Assembly (NCBI GenBank): GCA_965212265.1
Contig: CBDBUZ010000007.1
Span: 22,349 to 86,348 of the forward strand
Source: Parasphingopyxis sp.
Lineage (GTDB): Bacteria > Pseudomonadota > Alphaproteobacteria > Sphingomonadales > Sphingomonadaceae
Direction: 5' to 3'
Length of the DNA stretch: 64,000 bases
Made by a program: the position numbers and the translations under genes. Below the pieces are notes generated by a model, which was given only the letters and a program-made list of their open reading frames with translations, ran no database searches and was not told the origin of the DNA. Positions 1 to 10,288 of this stretch are shown here, in pieces. Each line of letters begins with the position of its first letter. Within the stretch, counting starts at the first letter, position 1.

Positions 1-93
1 CCTGCCGATAAAGGTGAACACGAGCCAGATTGCCGCGATGATGACGACCAGGCCCACCAGCGCCTCAAACAGATGGTTGCGCAAGGTGCTCAA
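1..93 (-). CDS. MlaD/MCE family protein, N-terminal part (runs off window start)
   Basis: TTG start overlaps NDUFA12 stop; MSTLRNHLFEALVGLVVIIAAIWLVFTFIGR is a single N-terminal TM anchor like MlaD; position downstream of NDUFA12 fits known alphaproteobacterial order. Confidence 0.55.
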   Translation of the reverse strand, partial: MSTLRNHLFEALVGLVVIIAAIWLVFTFIGR

Positions 94-473
94 CTTGGGC
101 TCCAGGCCTCATAGTCGCCGCTGGCACCCGCACGATTGCGACCTTTTTCAAGATCGCCAGCGGGTCGATAGGCGTCTTCGGTGCCGGTCAGGTTCTTGGT
201 ATATGGGGCTTCCCATTCGCGCGCCGGTGGCAAGCTTTGATCCGGCACATCTTCGACCGTCTGGTGCAGCCATCCGTGCCATTCGGCCGGAACATTGCTG
301 GCGTCATTGCCGCCGGTATAGATCACCCAGCGACGCCGCGGCCCCTTCTTGCTCTCATAGTAGCGGTTGCCGCTATCGTCAGTGGCGACATGGCGGCCCT
401 TGCGGGCGGAATAGAGGGCGGTGCCGATTGTGGCCCCTTCCCACCAGGTGAAGATCATTTTCAAAAATCGCAT
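90..473 (-). CDS. NADH:ubiquinone oxidoreductase subunit NDUFA12 family protein
   Basis: From MRFLKMIFTWW; motifs GNRYY, RRWVIY, VPAEWHGWLH, NLTGT, DYEAWSP. Confidence 0.9.
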   Translation of the reverse strand: MRFLKMIFTWWEGATIGTALYSARKGRHVATDDSGNRYYESKKGPRRRWVIYTGGNDASNVPAEWHGWLHQTVEDVPDQSLPPAREWEAPYTKNLTGTEDAYRPAGDLEKGRNRAGASGDYEAWSPS

Positions 474-549
474 AACGGATCGGCGTTTAGCGCCTCTTGT
501 CGGGCGCGCCAACCGTTGTTGCGATTCATCTGCGCCTAACTGCCTGCGC

Positions 550-1071
550 CTATTCGGCAGCGCCAGGTCCGCCGGGCCAGCTGACACGGTCTCCAGCATC
601 AATGCCGAGTTCCGCCGCACGGCCGCCGTCAATCTCCAGGACGGCTATGACGGGCTCAATCGAAACATAGGAATCCAGCGTGTAAGGTTCGGTCTCGCGG
701 GCAATATTTGCAATGACACCGTCTGCTCGGATGAAGATCATATCGAGCGGAATCATCGTATTGCGCATCCAGAAACTGGCAATGCGCGGAAATTCGAACG
801 GAAAGATCATCCCGCCGTCCTGCGGCAGGGAATCGCGGAACATCAAGCCCCGACGCTGTTCTTCCGACGTGATCGCTGTTTCAACTTCGAACATATGGCT
901 TTCGCCGCCCGTCATCTGGATCGTCACGGCAATCGTTTCGACTGCCGCCTCGGCAACCGTTTCCTCGCTATCCTGAGAGACCGGCGGATTGGCGGGCAGT
1001 TGCGAGTCGGCGCGGCACCCTACAAGCGCGAGGGTGCTGGCGATCAGCACGGTAGAAATTGATCGGATCAT
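550..1071 (-). CDS. DUF192 domain lipoprotein
   Basis: LALVGC lipobox; RGLMFR, GMIFPF, FWMRNTMIPLDMIFI, VLEIDGG. Confidence 0.9.
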   Translation of the reverse strand: MIRSISTVLIASTLALVGCRADSQLPANPPVSQDSEETVAEAAVETIAVTIQMTGGESHMFEVETAITSEEQRRGLMFRDSLPQDGGMIFPFEFPRIASFWMRNTMIPLDMIFIRADGVIANIARETEPYTLDSYVSIEPVIAVLEIDGGRAAELGIDAGDRVSWPGGPGAAE

Positions 1072-1077
1072 TGCCTG

Positions 1078-1668
1078 CTATTCGCAGTGCGCGAGCGCAA
1101 CCGCAAGGGGCCCCTTACCGCCATCGGCAATACGCGCCTTGAGGCGATCGCCGGCATCTATCTCTCCCAACCCGGACCGCCGGATAATCTCCATATGGAT
1201 AAAGACATCGCGGTCTTCGTCATCGCGGACCAGAAAACCATAGCCTTTGAGACGATTGAACCATTTCACTGTTACCGGTTCAAAATCACCTGCCGCTTCT
1301 TGCAGGGACGCGTCGTCGTCGAAACCGTGATCCGGTCGGGACCGCGCGTAATTATCGCAACCCTCGACATCGATGGAGAGAATTTCGGTGGCCTGCCGAC
1401 CGCGATCGCGCTCTGCAAAGACGCACTCGATCCGCGCACCTTCCGGCAGCGTTCGCCGTCCATGAGCTCGCAATACGGAAAAGTGGATGAGGATGTCGCC
1501 ATCTTCTTCGTCGGGAACGAGGAAACCATATCCGCGTGTCCCGTCAAACCATTTCACGGTTCCGGTTACACGCAGATGCGCGTCCGCGACCGGCGCTGCC
1601 ACGGTTTCGCTGTGCGCCACGTCGTCCGACGCAGCATCATAAGCCACTGCGGTGCGTTCGGATGTCAT
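1078..1668 (-). CDS. Cold-shock protein with two CSD domains
   Basis: Two RNP-1 motifs ([24 protein letters not shown]) plus IHFS/VFIH; AGGGGA RBS before ATG at 1668. Confidence 0.9.
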   Translation of the reverse strand: MTSERTAVAYDAASDDVAHSETVAAPVADAHLRVTGTVKWFDGTRGYGFLVPDEEDGDILIHFSVLRAHGRRTLPEGARIECVFAERDRGRQATEILSIDVEGCDNYARSRPDHGFDDDASLQEAAGDFEPVTVKWFNRLKGYGFLVRDDEDRDVFIHMEIIRRSGLGEIDAGDRLKARIADGGKGPLAVALAHCE

Positions 1669-1740
1669 GCATCGTCCCCTGTTAGCGCAAATATCTAACA
1701 CAGAATCTCATCCGCGTGAAATAGCCCTAAGGAAAGCCTA

Positions 1741-2292
1741 CTAATCCTCGCGTTCCGGGATGGCTCCAGGTTCCGCATCAACAAATTTTCGTGCGATCTC
1801 AAAGGAGTGCCCGGCACGCATCATAGCCGCGATGGACTTTTGTTTGCGGTCTGGGTCGGCAATTTCGGCAGAGAACGGCCCGAACCGCCTCTTGCGGGCA
1901 AAAGCCAGCGCCGCATCCCAGCTGTTATCGGCAGCAATCTGGCGGGCATCGGTACCGTCCACATCCGCGATTCCAGCCGCGAAAAGAGCTTGATCGACGC
2001 GCCTTGCCCCATAGCCACGGCGGGCCAGCGACCGGGCACGCGCCTCGGCAAATGCGGCATCATCAATATAGCCAAGCTCGGAGAATTTCTCAGCCAGCCC
2101 CTCAAGGTCCGCCTCTCTGGCCCCTTCCCAGCCGCGCTCGCGAATTTTCCTGGAAAGATAAGATCTTAGCTTTGCACGGGTTGTCGCATAGCGGCCCACA
2201 TAGAAGAGAGCGAGTTGCTCCAATCTCTCGTCATCCAGCGGTGGACGGGGTTTTTTGCGCGTTCGGCCGGTCATGCGCCATGTTTGTGCCAT
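1741..2292 (-). CDS. recX: RecX family regulatory protein
   Basis: YVGRYATTRAKL, GYIDDAAFA, RRGYGARRV, AMMRAGHSF; start 2292 or 2274. Confidence 0.8.
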   Translation of the reverse strand: MAQTWRMTGRTRKKPRPPLDDERLEQLALFYVGRYATTRAKLRSYLSRKIRERGWEGAREADLEGLAEKFSELGYIDDAAFAEARARSLARRGYGARRVDQALFAAGIADVDGTDARQIAADNSWDAALAFARKRRFGPFSAEIADPDRKQKSIAAMMRAGHSFEIARKFVDAEPGAIPERED

Positions 2293-2403
2293 AGTCGAGC
2301 CGGATTTTGAACGCCCCTGATCGGTTAATTCGAAGGATCGAAACAACGCAAATGGCATGCCGAGGTCGGACCTGACCATGATCGGCATCAGTTGAAGGAT
2401 ATC

Positions 2404-4137
2404 ATGACGGATTCTCTTGAACCGACACCAATCGCTGACGAGTTGCCACGGCGTTTTGCCGATTTTGACACCGTTGGCGACGCTCTGGATTATGCAGCCC
2501 AAGGCAAGCGTGGTTTCAACTTTCACGATGCGCGCGGCAATCTGGTCCGTCCCTATCCCTATTCTGAGTTGCGCACCGACGCGATTTCCGCAGCGAAGCG
2601 ACTGATTGCTTTCGGCATCAGCCCTGGTGACAGGGTCGCATTGATTGCAGATACTGAACCCGATTTCTGTGCACTGTTTTTCGGTGCTGTTTATGCTGGC
2701 GCGCTGCCCGTTCCATTGCCCTTGCCGACATCCTTTGGCGGCAAGGAGGGTTATATCGACCAGCTGGCCGTGCAGCTGCGCAGTTCGGAACCGCAGTTAC
2801 TGCTCTATCCGGCCGAGATTGGCGAAATTTCAAAGGCGGCCGCTGATGCGTGCTCGGTACCAGGCGAAGATTGGGAGAGCTTTGCCCTGCGCGACGCCCC
2901 CGATGTCGAATTCCCGAAGGCCGGCCCGGACGATGTTGCCTATCTTCAATATTCCAGCGGCTCGACCCGTTTCCCGCATGGTGTGATCATCAGCCACAAG
3001 GCGCTGCTCCACAATCTCGGATCGCACGCCAATGGCATGTTGATCGGCCAAAATGATCGCTGCATTTCCTGGCTTCCTTTTTATCACGATATGGGCCTGG
3101 TGGGCTGCATGCTCTCGATGGTCGCGAACCAGGTTTCGACCGATTATCTGAAGACCGCGGATTTTGCGCGACGCCCCCTCGCCTGGCTGGACCTGATCAG
3201 CCGCAACCCGGGAACCTCGTGCAGCTATTCGCCGACCTTTGGCTATGACATTTGCGCGCGCCGGATTGGCAGCCAGTCAAATGTGAAGGAACGCTTCGAT
3301 TTGTCGCGCTGGCGGCTCGCGGGCAATGGCGCTGACATGATCCGGCCCGATGTGATGCAGCATTTCACTGACGCATTCGCCGATGCAGGCTTCGACCCCA
3401 AATGCTTTGTGCCGAGTTATGGACTGGCAGAAGCAACTCTCGCAGTTACGCTGATGCCAGCCGGTGAAGGGATCGTCGTGGACCTCGTCGAAGAGAGCGA
3501 ACTTTCCGGCGTACCCAAGGCCGATAATGACGAGCCCAACCGCTATCGGGCGATCGTCAATTGCGGCAAGGCGGTGCGCGACACTGTGATCGAGATTCGC
3601 GAAGACGATGGCAGCCTGATGGCCGACAAGGCGATCGGCCAGGTCTGGGTGCAGGGTCCGGCAGTAATGGACGGCTATTTTCGCGACCAGGAGGCCACCG
3701 ACGCCTGTCTGGTCGATGGATGGCTCGACACCGGCGATATGGGCTATCTCTCGGATGGCTATCTCTATGTCGTCGGCCGCGCCAAGGACATGATCATCAT
3801 CAACGGCAAGAATCACTGGCCACAGGACATTGAATGGGCCGTTGAACAGCTGCCCGGTTTCAAATCCGGCGACATTGCCGCTTTCTCGATAACGGCTGCT
3901 GGCGGCGAGGAAACACCCGCTGTTCTTGTGCAGTGCCGCACGTCCGATATTAACGAACGGACAAGACTTCACGGCATGATCCGCGATAAGGTTCGCGCGA
4001 TTACCGGGATGAATTGCGTGATTGAACTGGTGCCCCCGCGCACATTGCCGCGCACCAGCTCAGGCAAGCTAAGCCGGGCTAAGGCGCGCAATCTCTACCT
4101 TTCCGGTGAAATCCAGCCCTACGCCATTGCTGCCTGA
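2404..4137 (+). CDS. Fatty acyl-AMP ligase
   Basis: YLQYSSGSTRFPHG, SWLPFYHDMGLVG, YGLAEATL, LDTGDMG, GRAKDMII, PRTSSGKL; FAAL-type N-terminus. Confidence 0.9.
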   Translation: MTDSLEPTPIADELPRRFADFDTVGDALDYAAQGKRGFNFHDARGNLVRPYPYSELRTDAISAAKRLIAFGISPGDRVALIADTEPDFCALFFGAVYAGALPVPLPLPTSFGGKEGYIDQLAVQLRSSEPQLLLYPAEIGEISKAAADACSVPGEDWESFALRDAPDVEFPKAGPDDVAYLQYSSGSTRFPHGVIISHKALLHNLGSHANGMLIGQNDRCISWLPFYHDMGLVGCMLSMVANQVSTDYLKTADFARRPLAWLDLISRNPGTSCSYSPTFGYDICARRIGSQSNVKERFDLSRWRLAGNGADMIRPDVMQHFTDAFADAGFDPKCFVPSYGLAEATLAVTLMPAGEGIVVDLVEESELSGVPKADNDEPNRYRAIVNCGKAVRDTVIEIREDDGSLMADKAIGQVWVQGPAVMDGYFRDQEATDACLVDGWLDTGDMGYLSDGYLYVVGRAKDMIIINGKNHWPQDIEWAVEQLPGFKSGDIAAFSITAAGGEETPAVLVQCRTSDINERTRLHGMIRDKVRAITGMNCVIELVPPRTLPRTSSGKLSRAKARNLYLSGEIQPYAIAA

Positions 4138-4235
4138 TAAATGGACAAAAAGGGCTAAGGTAAATGCATAATTTACCTTGCTAGTCCGGCATTCAGAAAG
4201 GCTTTTTCGGCTATCCCTTGATTAGAGGGACAGCA

Positions 4236-6569
4236 ATGGCAGCACTTGATACCAACCAGCTCGGCTGGATGGACATATTGGGCCTGAGAGAGCCGCGAGA
4301 CGGCGAGTGGAAGCTCGTGCGCGCGGCTCAGCTGCGTGAACTCAGCAAGAACTCGCTTTTACCGGTAGTCGCCGTACTGCTCGCGACGCTGTCTGCCGGC
4401 ATCCTGTTCTGGGGCCAGGTTCCCAACGAAATGATGGCCGTCTGGCTCGGCATGCTCGTCATTGGCATGATTTCGATCGCGTCGGCGCGTCGGGCGAATC
4501 TCGCGCGTACAGGCGGCGCCACCCGTTCCGATGTGATGCGCTCTGTAGCCAACTGCACGATCCTCGGTCTGTTCTGGTCGATCCCGTCGCTGTTCTTTGC
4601 GGAATATGGCAATCTCGAGCAGATCGTCACAATCGCAGCGCTCAGCCTTGCTATTATGGGCGCGACCGCCCTCATGCTCAATTCAGTGCCGCTCGGCGGT
4701 CTCATGCTCAACGGACTGGTGGCCGTCAGCGTCAGCGTCATGTTGTTCCGCCTCGATCTCACGCTGCTGGCCGGGCTGACCTTTTCTTACGGACTATGCC
4801 TGACCTTCACATTGCTTGTGAACGGGCGGGCTGCTGTCGCCCGTCTGCGCAACGATATCGCGCTCGCCGCACAAAACGATGTGGTCAAGCTGATGCTGCG
4901 TCAGGAAAATGCCGCTGAGAGTGACTGGCTATGGCAAGTCGATGCGCGCAAGTGCGTCGTCGATCCATCACAACGATTTGCTGCTGCCGCTGGTCTGACG
5001 CCTCGCAAACTAGAGGGAATGCCGTTGCTTGACCTGCTTGCCGGGAATCAATGGCGCGAAGAGGTGTTAAGCGACGAAACACGTGAGCTTCTTACCAAGA
5101 TGCAAGCGGGCAAGACATTCAGTGACTTGCTAATGCCGGTCATGCTCGACGGTGAAGAACGCTGGTGGAAAATCTCCGGCACCCCGCGTCTCAGCACTAA
5201 TCGGCACGTAATCGGTTATCGCGGCGTGATTTCCGATGTGACGGATCGCGAAGCGATGGAGCGTCGCATATATCACATGGCCCATTTTGATGCGCTGACC
5301 GGCCTGGCCAACCGTGCGCACACCAACGAGCTCTTGCGGGACCGCATCGCGGCGGCAGCGGACGAACATCGCTACTGTGCTTTTCTCATGATTGACCTTG
5401 ATCGGTTCAAGGCGATTAACGACACATCGGGCCATCCGGTAGGCGACAAACTGCTCGAACAGGTTGCCACACGCCTCAACGGGATGCTGCAAGGCGCCGA
5501 TGCCAGCGGCCGGCTGGGCGGCGATGAGTTTGCTGTAATCATCGGCAATTTCCGCTCGTCCGACGAATTGGACAAGCGCGCTCGCGATATCATTATCCAG
5601 CTATCCAAACCGTATCGCGTCGATGGTCACGACCTTCATATCGGCGCCAGTGTCGGATCCGCCATTTACCCCAAAGACGGTGGATCAGCCTCTGCATTGC
5701 TACGCAAGGCCGATCTGGCGCTCTATCGAGCCAAGGCAAGCGGACGCGGAACCCATTCGCCATACGAGCCGTCCCTTCTGCAGAAAGCCGAAGAACGGCG
5801 CGCGATTGAAACGGCCTTGCGCGACGCGCTGGAGAAGGATGAACTGCATCTCGTCTATCAGCCTGTAGTGACGCTGGCTTCGAAAGAGGTAGCGGGATTT
5901 GAAGCATTGTTGCGGTGGACTCATCCTGAGCTGGGTTTGGTGCCACCGGAGAAGTTCATCCCGATTGCCGAGGAGACCCGGCTGATCGATTCAATCGGGG
6001 AATGGGTGTTCCGCAATGCGTGCATGGAGGCCATGAACTGGCCCGAACAATATCGGCTCTCGATCAACCTGTCGGCAGGCCAGCTGCGTAACCCGCGGCT
6101 TGGCGAGCTGGTTATTCAGGCATTGGCCAGCTCCGGACTCGCACCAACGCGGTTGGAACTTGAGACCACCGAAGCCATTTTGACCAGTGACAGTGATCAG
6201 GCAATCAAGACCTTTGAACAGCTGCGCGGACTGGGCGTTACAATGGCGCTGGATGATTTTGGCAGCGGCTATTCAACGCTGGGCTTTATTGGCCGCACTA
6301 GCTTCAACTCGATCAAGATCGACAAACGGTTCATCAGTGATGCGGAAGACGGCTCGCAATCGAGTATCGCCATCATTCGCGCGGTGATCGCGATGGCCGA
6401 TAGCCTGGGCATTGCAACGATCGCCGAAGGAATTGAGAATGATCGCCAATATGTGATCGCCGAGAAGCTCGGTGTTGCGCAGGTCCAGGGCTATTATCTC
6501 GATCGCCCGATGGTTGGACAGGAAGTCCAATCCCGTTTCCCTTTGACACCGGACGAAGCGGTAGCTTGA
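4236..6569 (+). CDS. Membrane-anchored PAS-GGDEF-EAL protein
   Basis: Several N-terminal TM helices, PAS-like segment, RLGGDEF, GFEALLRW, LDDFGSGYS. Confidence 0.92.
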   Translation: MAALDTNQLGWMDILGLREPRDGEWKLVRAAQLRELSKNSLLPVVAVLLATLSAGILFWGQVPNEMMAVWLGMLVIGMISIASARRANLARTGGATRSDVMRSVANCTILGLFWSIPSLFFAEYGNLEQIVTIAALSLAIMGATALMLNSVPLGGLMLNGLVAVSVSVMLFRLDLTLLAGLTFSYGLCLTFTLLVNGRAAVARLRNDIALAAQNDVVKLMLRQENAAESDWLWQVDARKCVVDPSQRFAAAAGLTPRKLEGMPLLDLLAGNQWREEVLSDETRELLTKMQAGKTFSDLLMPVMLDGEERWWKISGTPRLSTNRHVIGYRGVISDVTDREAMERRIYHMAHFDALTGLANRAHTNELLRDRIAAAADEHRYCAFLMIDLDRFKAINDTSGHPVGDKLLEQVATRLNGMLQGADASGRLGGDEFAVIIGNFRSSDELDKRARDIIIQLSKPYRVDGHDLHIGASVGSAIYPKDGGSASALLRKADLALYRAKASGRGTHSPYEPSLLQKAEERRAIETALRDALEKDELHLVYQPVVTLASKEVAGFEALLRWTHPELGLVPPEKFIPIAEETRLIDSIGEWVFRNACMEAMNWPEQYRLSINLSAGQLRNPRLGELVIQALASSGLAPTRLELETTEAILTSDSDQAIKTFEQLRGLGVTMALDDFGSGYSTLGFIGRTSFNSIKIDKRFISDAEDGSQSSIAIIRAVIAMADSLGIATIAEGIENDRQYVIAEKLGVAQVQGYYLDRPMVGQEVQSRFPLTPDEAVA

Positions 6570-6653
6570 TCGCTTTCACGCGAAACAATTCTGAACGACA
6601 ATATCCTTGCATCCCCCGGCTAGCCCCGTTAAACGCGCGTCTCTTGGACTCGG

Positions 6654-6729
6654 AGGAGTGTAGCTCAGCTGGTAGAGCATCGGTCTCCAAAACCGAGGGT
6701 CGTGGGTTCGAGCCCCTCCGCTCCTGCCA
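6654..6729 (+). tRNA. trnW: tRNA-Trp (CCA)
   Basis: 76-nt cloverleaf AGGAGTGTAGCTCAGCTGGTAGAGC...CTCCAAA...GGTTCGAG...CTCCTGCCA, upstream of secE. Confidence 0.97.
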
Positions 6730-6872
6730 TCCGGTCTTCGATTGGTCCGGCGGGTATGCCTTGAAACGGCAGCTTGCGGGTCCGAGATAGAGTTTAACAC
6801 TCACGCCGATGTCGGCCGTAGGGGCCGATGGCGGCGTGTGTGCGTTTTTGGTTTGAACGAGGTTTGAAAACG

Positions 6873-7070
6873 GTGGCAAAAACTAGCCCAGGCGAGTTTG
6901 TTCGGCAGGTCCGTGCCGAGACGTCGAAGGTCGTATGGCCGACGCGTCAGGAAACTATACAGACCGGCATCATGGTCATGATCATGACGGCTATTCTCGC
7001 CCTGTTTTTCCTGGGTGTCGATTCATTCTTCAATATGATCGTCACCTTCCTCATCGGCCTCGTCAGCTAA
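6873..7070 (+). CDS. secE: Preprotein translocase subunit SecE
   Basis: GTG start; FVRQVRAETSKVVWPTRQET plus one TM helix; between tRNA-Trp and nusG. Confidence 0.95.
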   Translation: MAKTSPGEFVRQVRAETSKVVWPTRQETIQTGIMVMIMTAILALFFLGVDSFFNMIVTFLIGLVS

Positions 7071-7093
7071 AAGACTTCAGCTAAGGGTATTCC

Positions 7094-7630
7094 ATGTCGC
7101 GCTGGTACATCATTCACGCCTATTCGGGCTTCGAGAACAAGGTTCGGGACGCCATCATGGCGGAAGCCACGCGTATGGGTCTTGAACAGCTGGTCGAAGA
7201 AGTCGAAGTGCCGACTGAGGAAGTCACCGAGGTCAAGCGCGGCAAGAAGGTCCAGACCGAGCGGAAGTTCTTCCCGGGCTATGTGCTCGCGAAGCTGAGC
7301 ATGACCGACGATGTCTATCACCTCGTCAAGAATACGCCGAAGGTAACCGGCTTCCTTGGATCGAGCGGCAAGCCGCAACCGATCAGCGAAGCCGAAGCCG
7401 CGCGCATCCTCAATACGAAAGAGGAAGCGGCTGCCGCGCCGAAACAGAAAATCAATGTCGATTACGAAATCGGCGACCAGATCAAGGTTCTGGATGGCCC
7501 GTTTGCAAGCTTCAACGGTGTCGTCGAAGAGCTCGATTTCGATCGTGCCCGCGTCAAGGTATCGGTATCGATCTTTGGCCGCGCCACGCCGGTCGAACTG
7601 GAATTCGAGCAGGTCGAATTGGTCAAATAG
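7094..7630 (+). CDS. nusG: Transcription termination/antitermination factor NusG
   Basis: WYIIHAYSGFE, FFPGYVL, KOW motif GPFASFNG, SIFGRATPVELEF. Confidence 0.98.
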   Translation: MSRWYIIHAYSGFENKVRDAIMAEATRMGLEQLVEEVEVPTEEVTEVKRGKKVQTERKFFPGYVLAKLSMTDDVYHLVKNTPKVTGFLGSSGKPQPISEAEAARILNTKEEAAAAPKQKINVDYEIGDQIKVLDGPFASFNGVVEELDFDRARVKVSVSIFGRATPVELEFEQVELVK

Positions 7631-7725
7631 GAATTTACGAGTTTCCGGATGGTCCGGAAAATTGCGGGAGGCAGTGCCACTGTCATTTGAACCGCTAAGC
7701 CAAGAGAAAAGGTGAGACTGAAACA

Positions 7726-8157
7726 ATGGCAAAGAAAATTGACGGCTATATCAGCCTGCAGGTTCCTGCAGGTACGGCCAACCCTTCACCGCCCCTTGGG
7801 CCCGCATTGGGCCAGCGCGGTGTGAACATCATGGATTTCTGCAAAGCGTTCAACGCCGCCACGCAGGAAATGGAAAAAGGCGCGCCGATCCCGACCAAGA
7901 TCACGGTCTATGCGGATCGCAGCTTTACCTTCGTCACGAAGACCCCGCCCGCCAGCTACATGCTCAAAAAGGCTGCAAAGCTGAAAAAGGGCGCGAGCGA
8001 AGTCGGCTCGGAAATCGTTGGCCAGATCAAGCGTTCGAAAGTCGCCGAAATCGCCGAAGCGAAAATGGTCGATCTGAACGCGAATGATATCGAAGCCGCA
8101 ACCCGCATCATCGAAGGCTCTGCCATGTCGATGGGCCTCGAAGTGGTGGAGGGCTAA
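7726..8157 (+). CDS. rplK: 50S ribosomal protein L11
   Basis: [33 protein letters not shown]. Confidence 0.98.
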   Translation: MAKKIDGYISLQVPAGTANPSPPLGPALGQRGVNIMDFCKAFNAATQEMEKGAPIPTKITVYADRSFTFVTKTPPASYMLKKAAKLKKGASEVGSEIVGQIKRSKVAEIAEAKMVDLNANDIEAATRIIEGSAMSMGLEVVEG

Positions 8158-8159
8158 TC

Positions 8160-8855
8160 ATGACAAAGCTCACGAAAAAGCAAAAAGCACAGGTTGATAC
8201 CGTTGATCGGGACAAGCTGTATGCATCTGACGAAGCGCTGAAGATCGTCAAAGGCAATGCGACCTCGAAGTTCGATGAAACGATCGAGATTGCCCTGAAC
8301 CTGGATGTCGATCCGCGGCACGCAGACCAGATGGTCCGCGGCGTCGTTTCGCTTCCCTCGGGAACCGGCAAGGACGTTCGCGTCGCCGTGTTCGCCAAGG
8401 ATGCGAAGGCTGACGAAGCCAAGGAAGCTGGCGCTGACACGGTTGGTGCCGAAGATCTGATGGAAGCGATGCAGGGCGGCGATCTCAACTATGATCGCGT
8501 GATTGCAACACCCGACATGATGGGCGTTGTCGGCCGTCTCGGTAAGGTTCTGGGTCCCAAGGGCCTGATGCCGAACCCGAAACTCGGCACGGTAACCCCG
8601 GATGTTGCGAAAGCGGTTCAGGACGCCAAGGGCGGCCAGGTCGAGTTTCGCGCAGAAAAAGCCGGCATCGTGCATTCGACGATCGGCAAGGCCAGCTTCA
8701 CTGAAGATGACCTGAAAAAGAATTACGACGCATTTGTCGGCGCTATTGTGAAGGCTCGGCCTTCCGGTGCCAAAGGCAAATATATCAAGAAGATCGCTGT
8801 CAGCTCTACCATGGGCCCCGGCGTGAAGGTTGATCCGGCGGAAGCTGGAGCGTAA
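8160..8855 (+). CDS. rplA: 50S ribosomal protein L1
   Basis: [40 protein letters not shown]. Confidence 0.98.
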   Translation: MTKLTKKQKAQVDTVDRDKLYASDEALKIVKGNATSKFDETIEIALNLDVDPRHADQMVRGVVSLPSGTGKDVRVAVFAKDAKADEAKEAGADTVGAEDLMEAMQGGDLNYDRVIATPDMMGVVGRLGKVLGPKGLMPNPKLGTVTPDVAKAVQDAKGGQVEFRAEKAGIVHSTIGKASFTEDDLKKNYDAFVGAIVKARPSGAKGKYIKKIAVSSTMGPGVKVDPAEAGA

Positions 8856-8862
8856 AGGGCTT

Positions 8863-8882
8863 CCCGGCTCTTCGGAGCCGGG
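8863..8882 (+). terminator. Hairpin after rplA (UUCG tetraloop)
   Basis: CCCGGCTC-TTCG-GAGCCGGG perfect 8-bp stem; no strong U-tract. Confidence 0.45.
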
Positions 8883-8914
8883 ATTCGGCCGAAAGTGATA
8901 TTCACCTTCGGTCA

Positions 8915-9000
8915 CACCGTCCGAGACAGTTGGTGAGGGCAATTGGGCCCTCTTAATTTCCAGCCAAGACGGGGAAAGTTTTTGACGGGCGTTTCCATCT
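8915..9000 (+). promoter_or_regulatory. L10 leader (rplJ autoregulatory RNA)
   Basis: CCGAGACAGTTGG...TTAA...CCAGCCAAGACGGGG upstream of rplJ resembles the L10 leader pattern; boundaries approximate. Confidence 0.6.
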
Positions 9001-9141
9001 GATGGGAACCCCGGTCTGCTGCGGCTCCAGCCGCTTTGGGCAACCGACCCCTCGGACATTTCGAACGAACCATCAGGGCCTTGGTCCTGTGGTTCATTAT
9101 GGTCGGCGGATGATCCGCAGGCCGAAGAAGGAGTGCGATAT

Positions 9142-9657
9142 ATGGATCGAGCTCAAAAGACCGAAGCGGTTGCTGAAATGAACCGCACCTTCACCGAGGC
9201 GGGCGTGGTCGTTGTGACCCGCAACCTCGGCCTCACCGTTGCTGAATCCAGCGCGTTGCGGGCGAAGATGCGTGAAGCCGGCGCCAGCTTCAAAGTATCG
9301 AAGAACAGGCTTGCCAAGCTTGCGATCAAGGACACCCAGTATGACCCGATCAGCGATTTGTTCGCCGGGCCGACTGCGATGGCCTGGTCGGACGATCCGG
9401 TAGCAGCCACGAAAGTGGTTGCCGAATTCTCGAAAGAGAATGACCGGCTCGAAATCGTTGGCGGGGCGATGGGCGAAACCGTCCTCGATCTCGACGGCGT
9501 GAAAGCTCTGGCTGCGTTGCCTTCGCTTGACGAACTGCGTGGCAAGATTGTGGGTCTGCTTAATGCACCTGCAACCAAGGTCGCCCAGCTCGCCAATGCA
9601 CCGGCATCCAAGCTGGCTCGCGTTTTCGGCGCCTATGGTGCGTCGGACGCTGCCTGA
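9142..9657 (+). CDS. rplJ: 50S ribosomal protein L10
   Basis: MDRAQK, KVSKNRLAKLA, GPTAMA, LPSLDELRGKIVG. Confidence 0.97.
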   Translation: MDRAQKTEAVAEMNRTFTEAGVVVVTRNLGLTVAESSALRAKMREAGASFKVSKNRLAKLAIKDTQYDPISDLFAGPTAMAWSDDPVAATKVVAEFSKENDRLEIVGGAMGETVLDLDGVKALAALPSLDELRGKIVGLLNAPATKVAQLANAPASKLARVFGAYGASDAA

Positions 9658-9715
9658 TTTTCGAATAGCTCAATACTGAAATGAAGGGGGCTGATCGCCC
9701 CAATTGGAGACTAAA

Positions 9716-10093
9716 ATGGCAGATCTTAATAAACTCGTGGACAGCCTTTCTGAGCTGACCGTAATGGAAGCCGCTGAACTGGCGACCATGCTTGAAGACA
9801 AATGGGGCGTTTCGGCCGCTGCAGCAGTTGCAGTTGCTGGCCCAGCTGGCGGCGACGCCGGCGCTGCTCCGGTTGAAGAGAAAGACGAATTTGACGTCGT
9901 TCTCACCGGCGACGGTGGCAAGAAGATCCAGGTGATCAAAGAAGTTCGCGCCATCACCGGCCTCGGCCTCGGCGAAGCAAAAGCGCTCGTCGAAGGTGCA
10001 CCGAAAGCCGTCAAGGAAGGCGTCAACAAGGCGGAAGCCGAAGAAATCAAAGGCAAGATCGAAGAGGCCGGCGGTACCGTCGAACTCAAGTAA
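9716..10093 (+). CDS. rplL: 50S ribosomal protein L7/L12
   Basis: [39 protein letters not shown]. Confidence 0.98.
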   Translation: MADLNKLVDSLSELTVMEAAELATMLEDKWGVSAAAAVAVAGPAGGDAGAAPVEEKDEFDVVLTGDGGKKIQVIKEVRAITGLGLGEAKALVEGAPKAVKEGVNKAEAEEIKGKIEEAGGTVELK

Positions 10094-10120
10094 ATCTTTC
10101 CCGATTTATTCGAACGCAAT

Positions 10121-10153
10121 AAGGGCGGCGCAGCGATGCGCCGCCCTTTTTTT
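10121..10153 (+). terminator. Rho-independent terminator after rplL
   Basis: AAGGGCGGCGCA-GCGA-TGCGCCGCCCTT followed by T tract. Confidence 0.9.
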
Positions 10154-10288
10154 GCGTCCCGATTGGGTGCGGTTCGAGCGCCATGTGCAAATCGTTATCC
10201 CGTGATACCAAGAATTGCGCCCTTTTCGTCGCGCGATTGAGCGAATATGCATCATTCCAGAAACAGGGCGGCAAGGATTGGGGATAGC

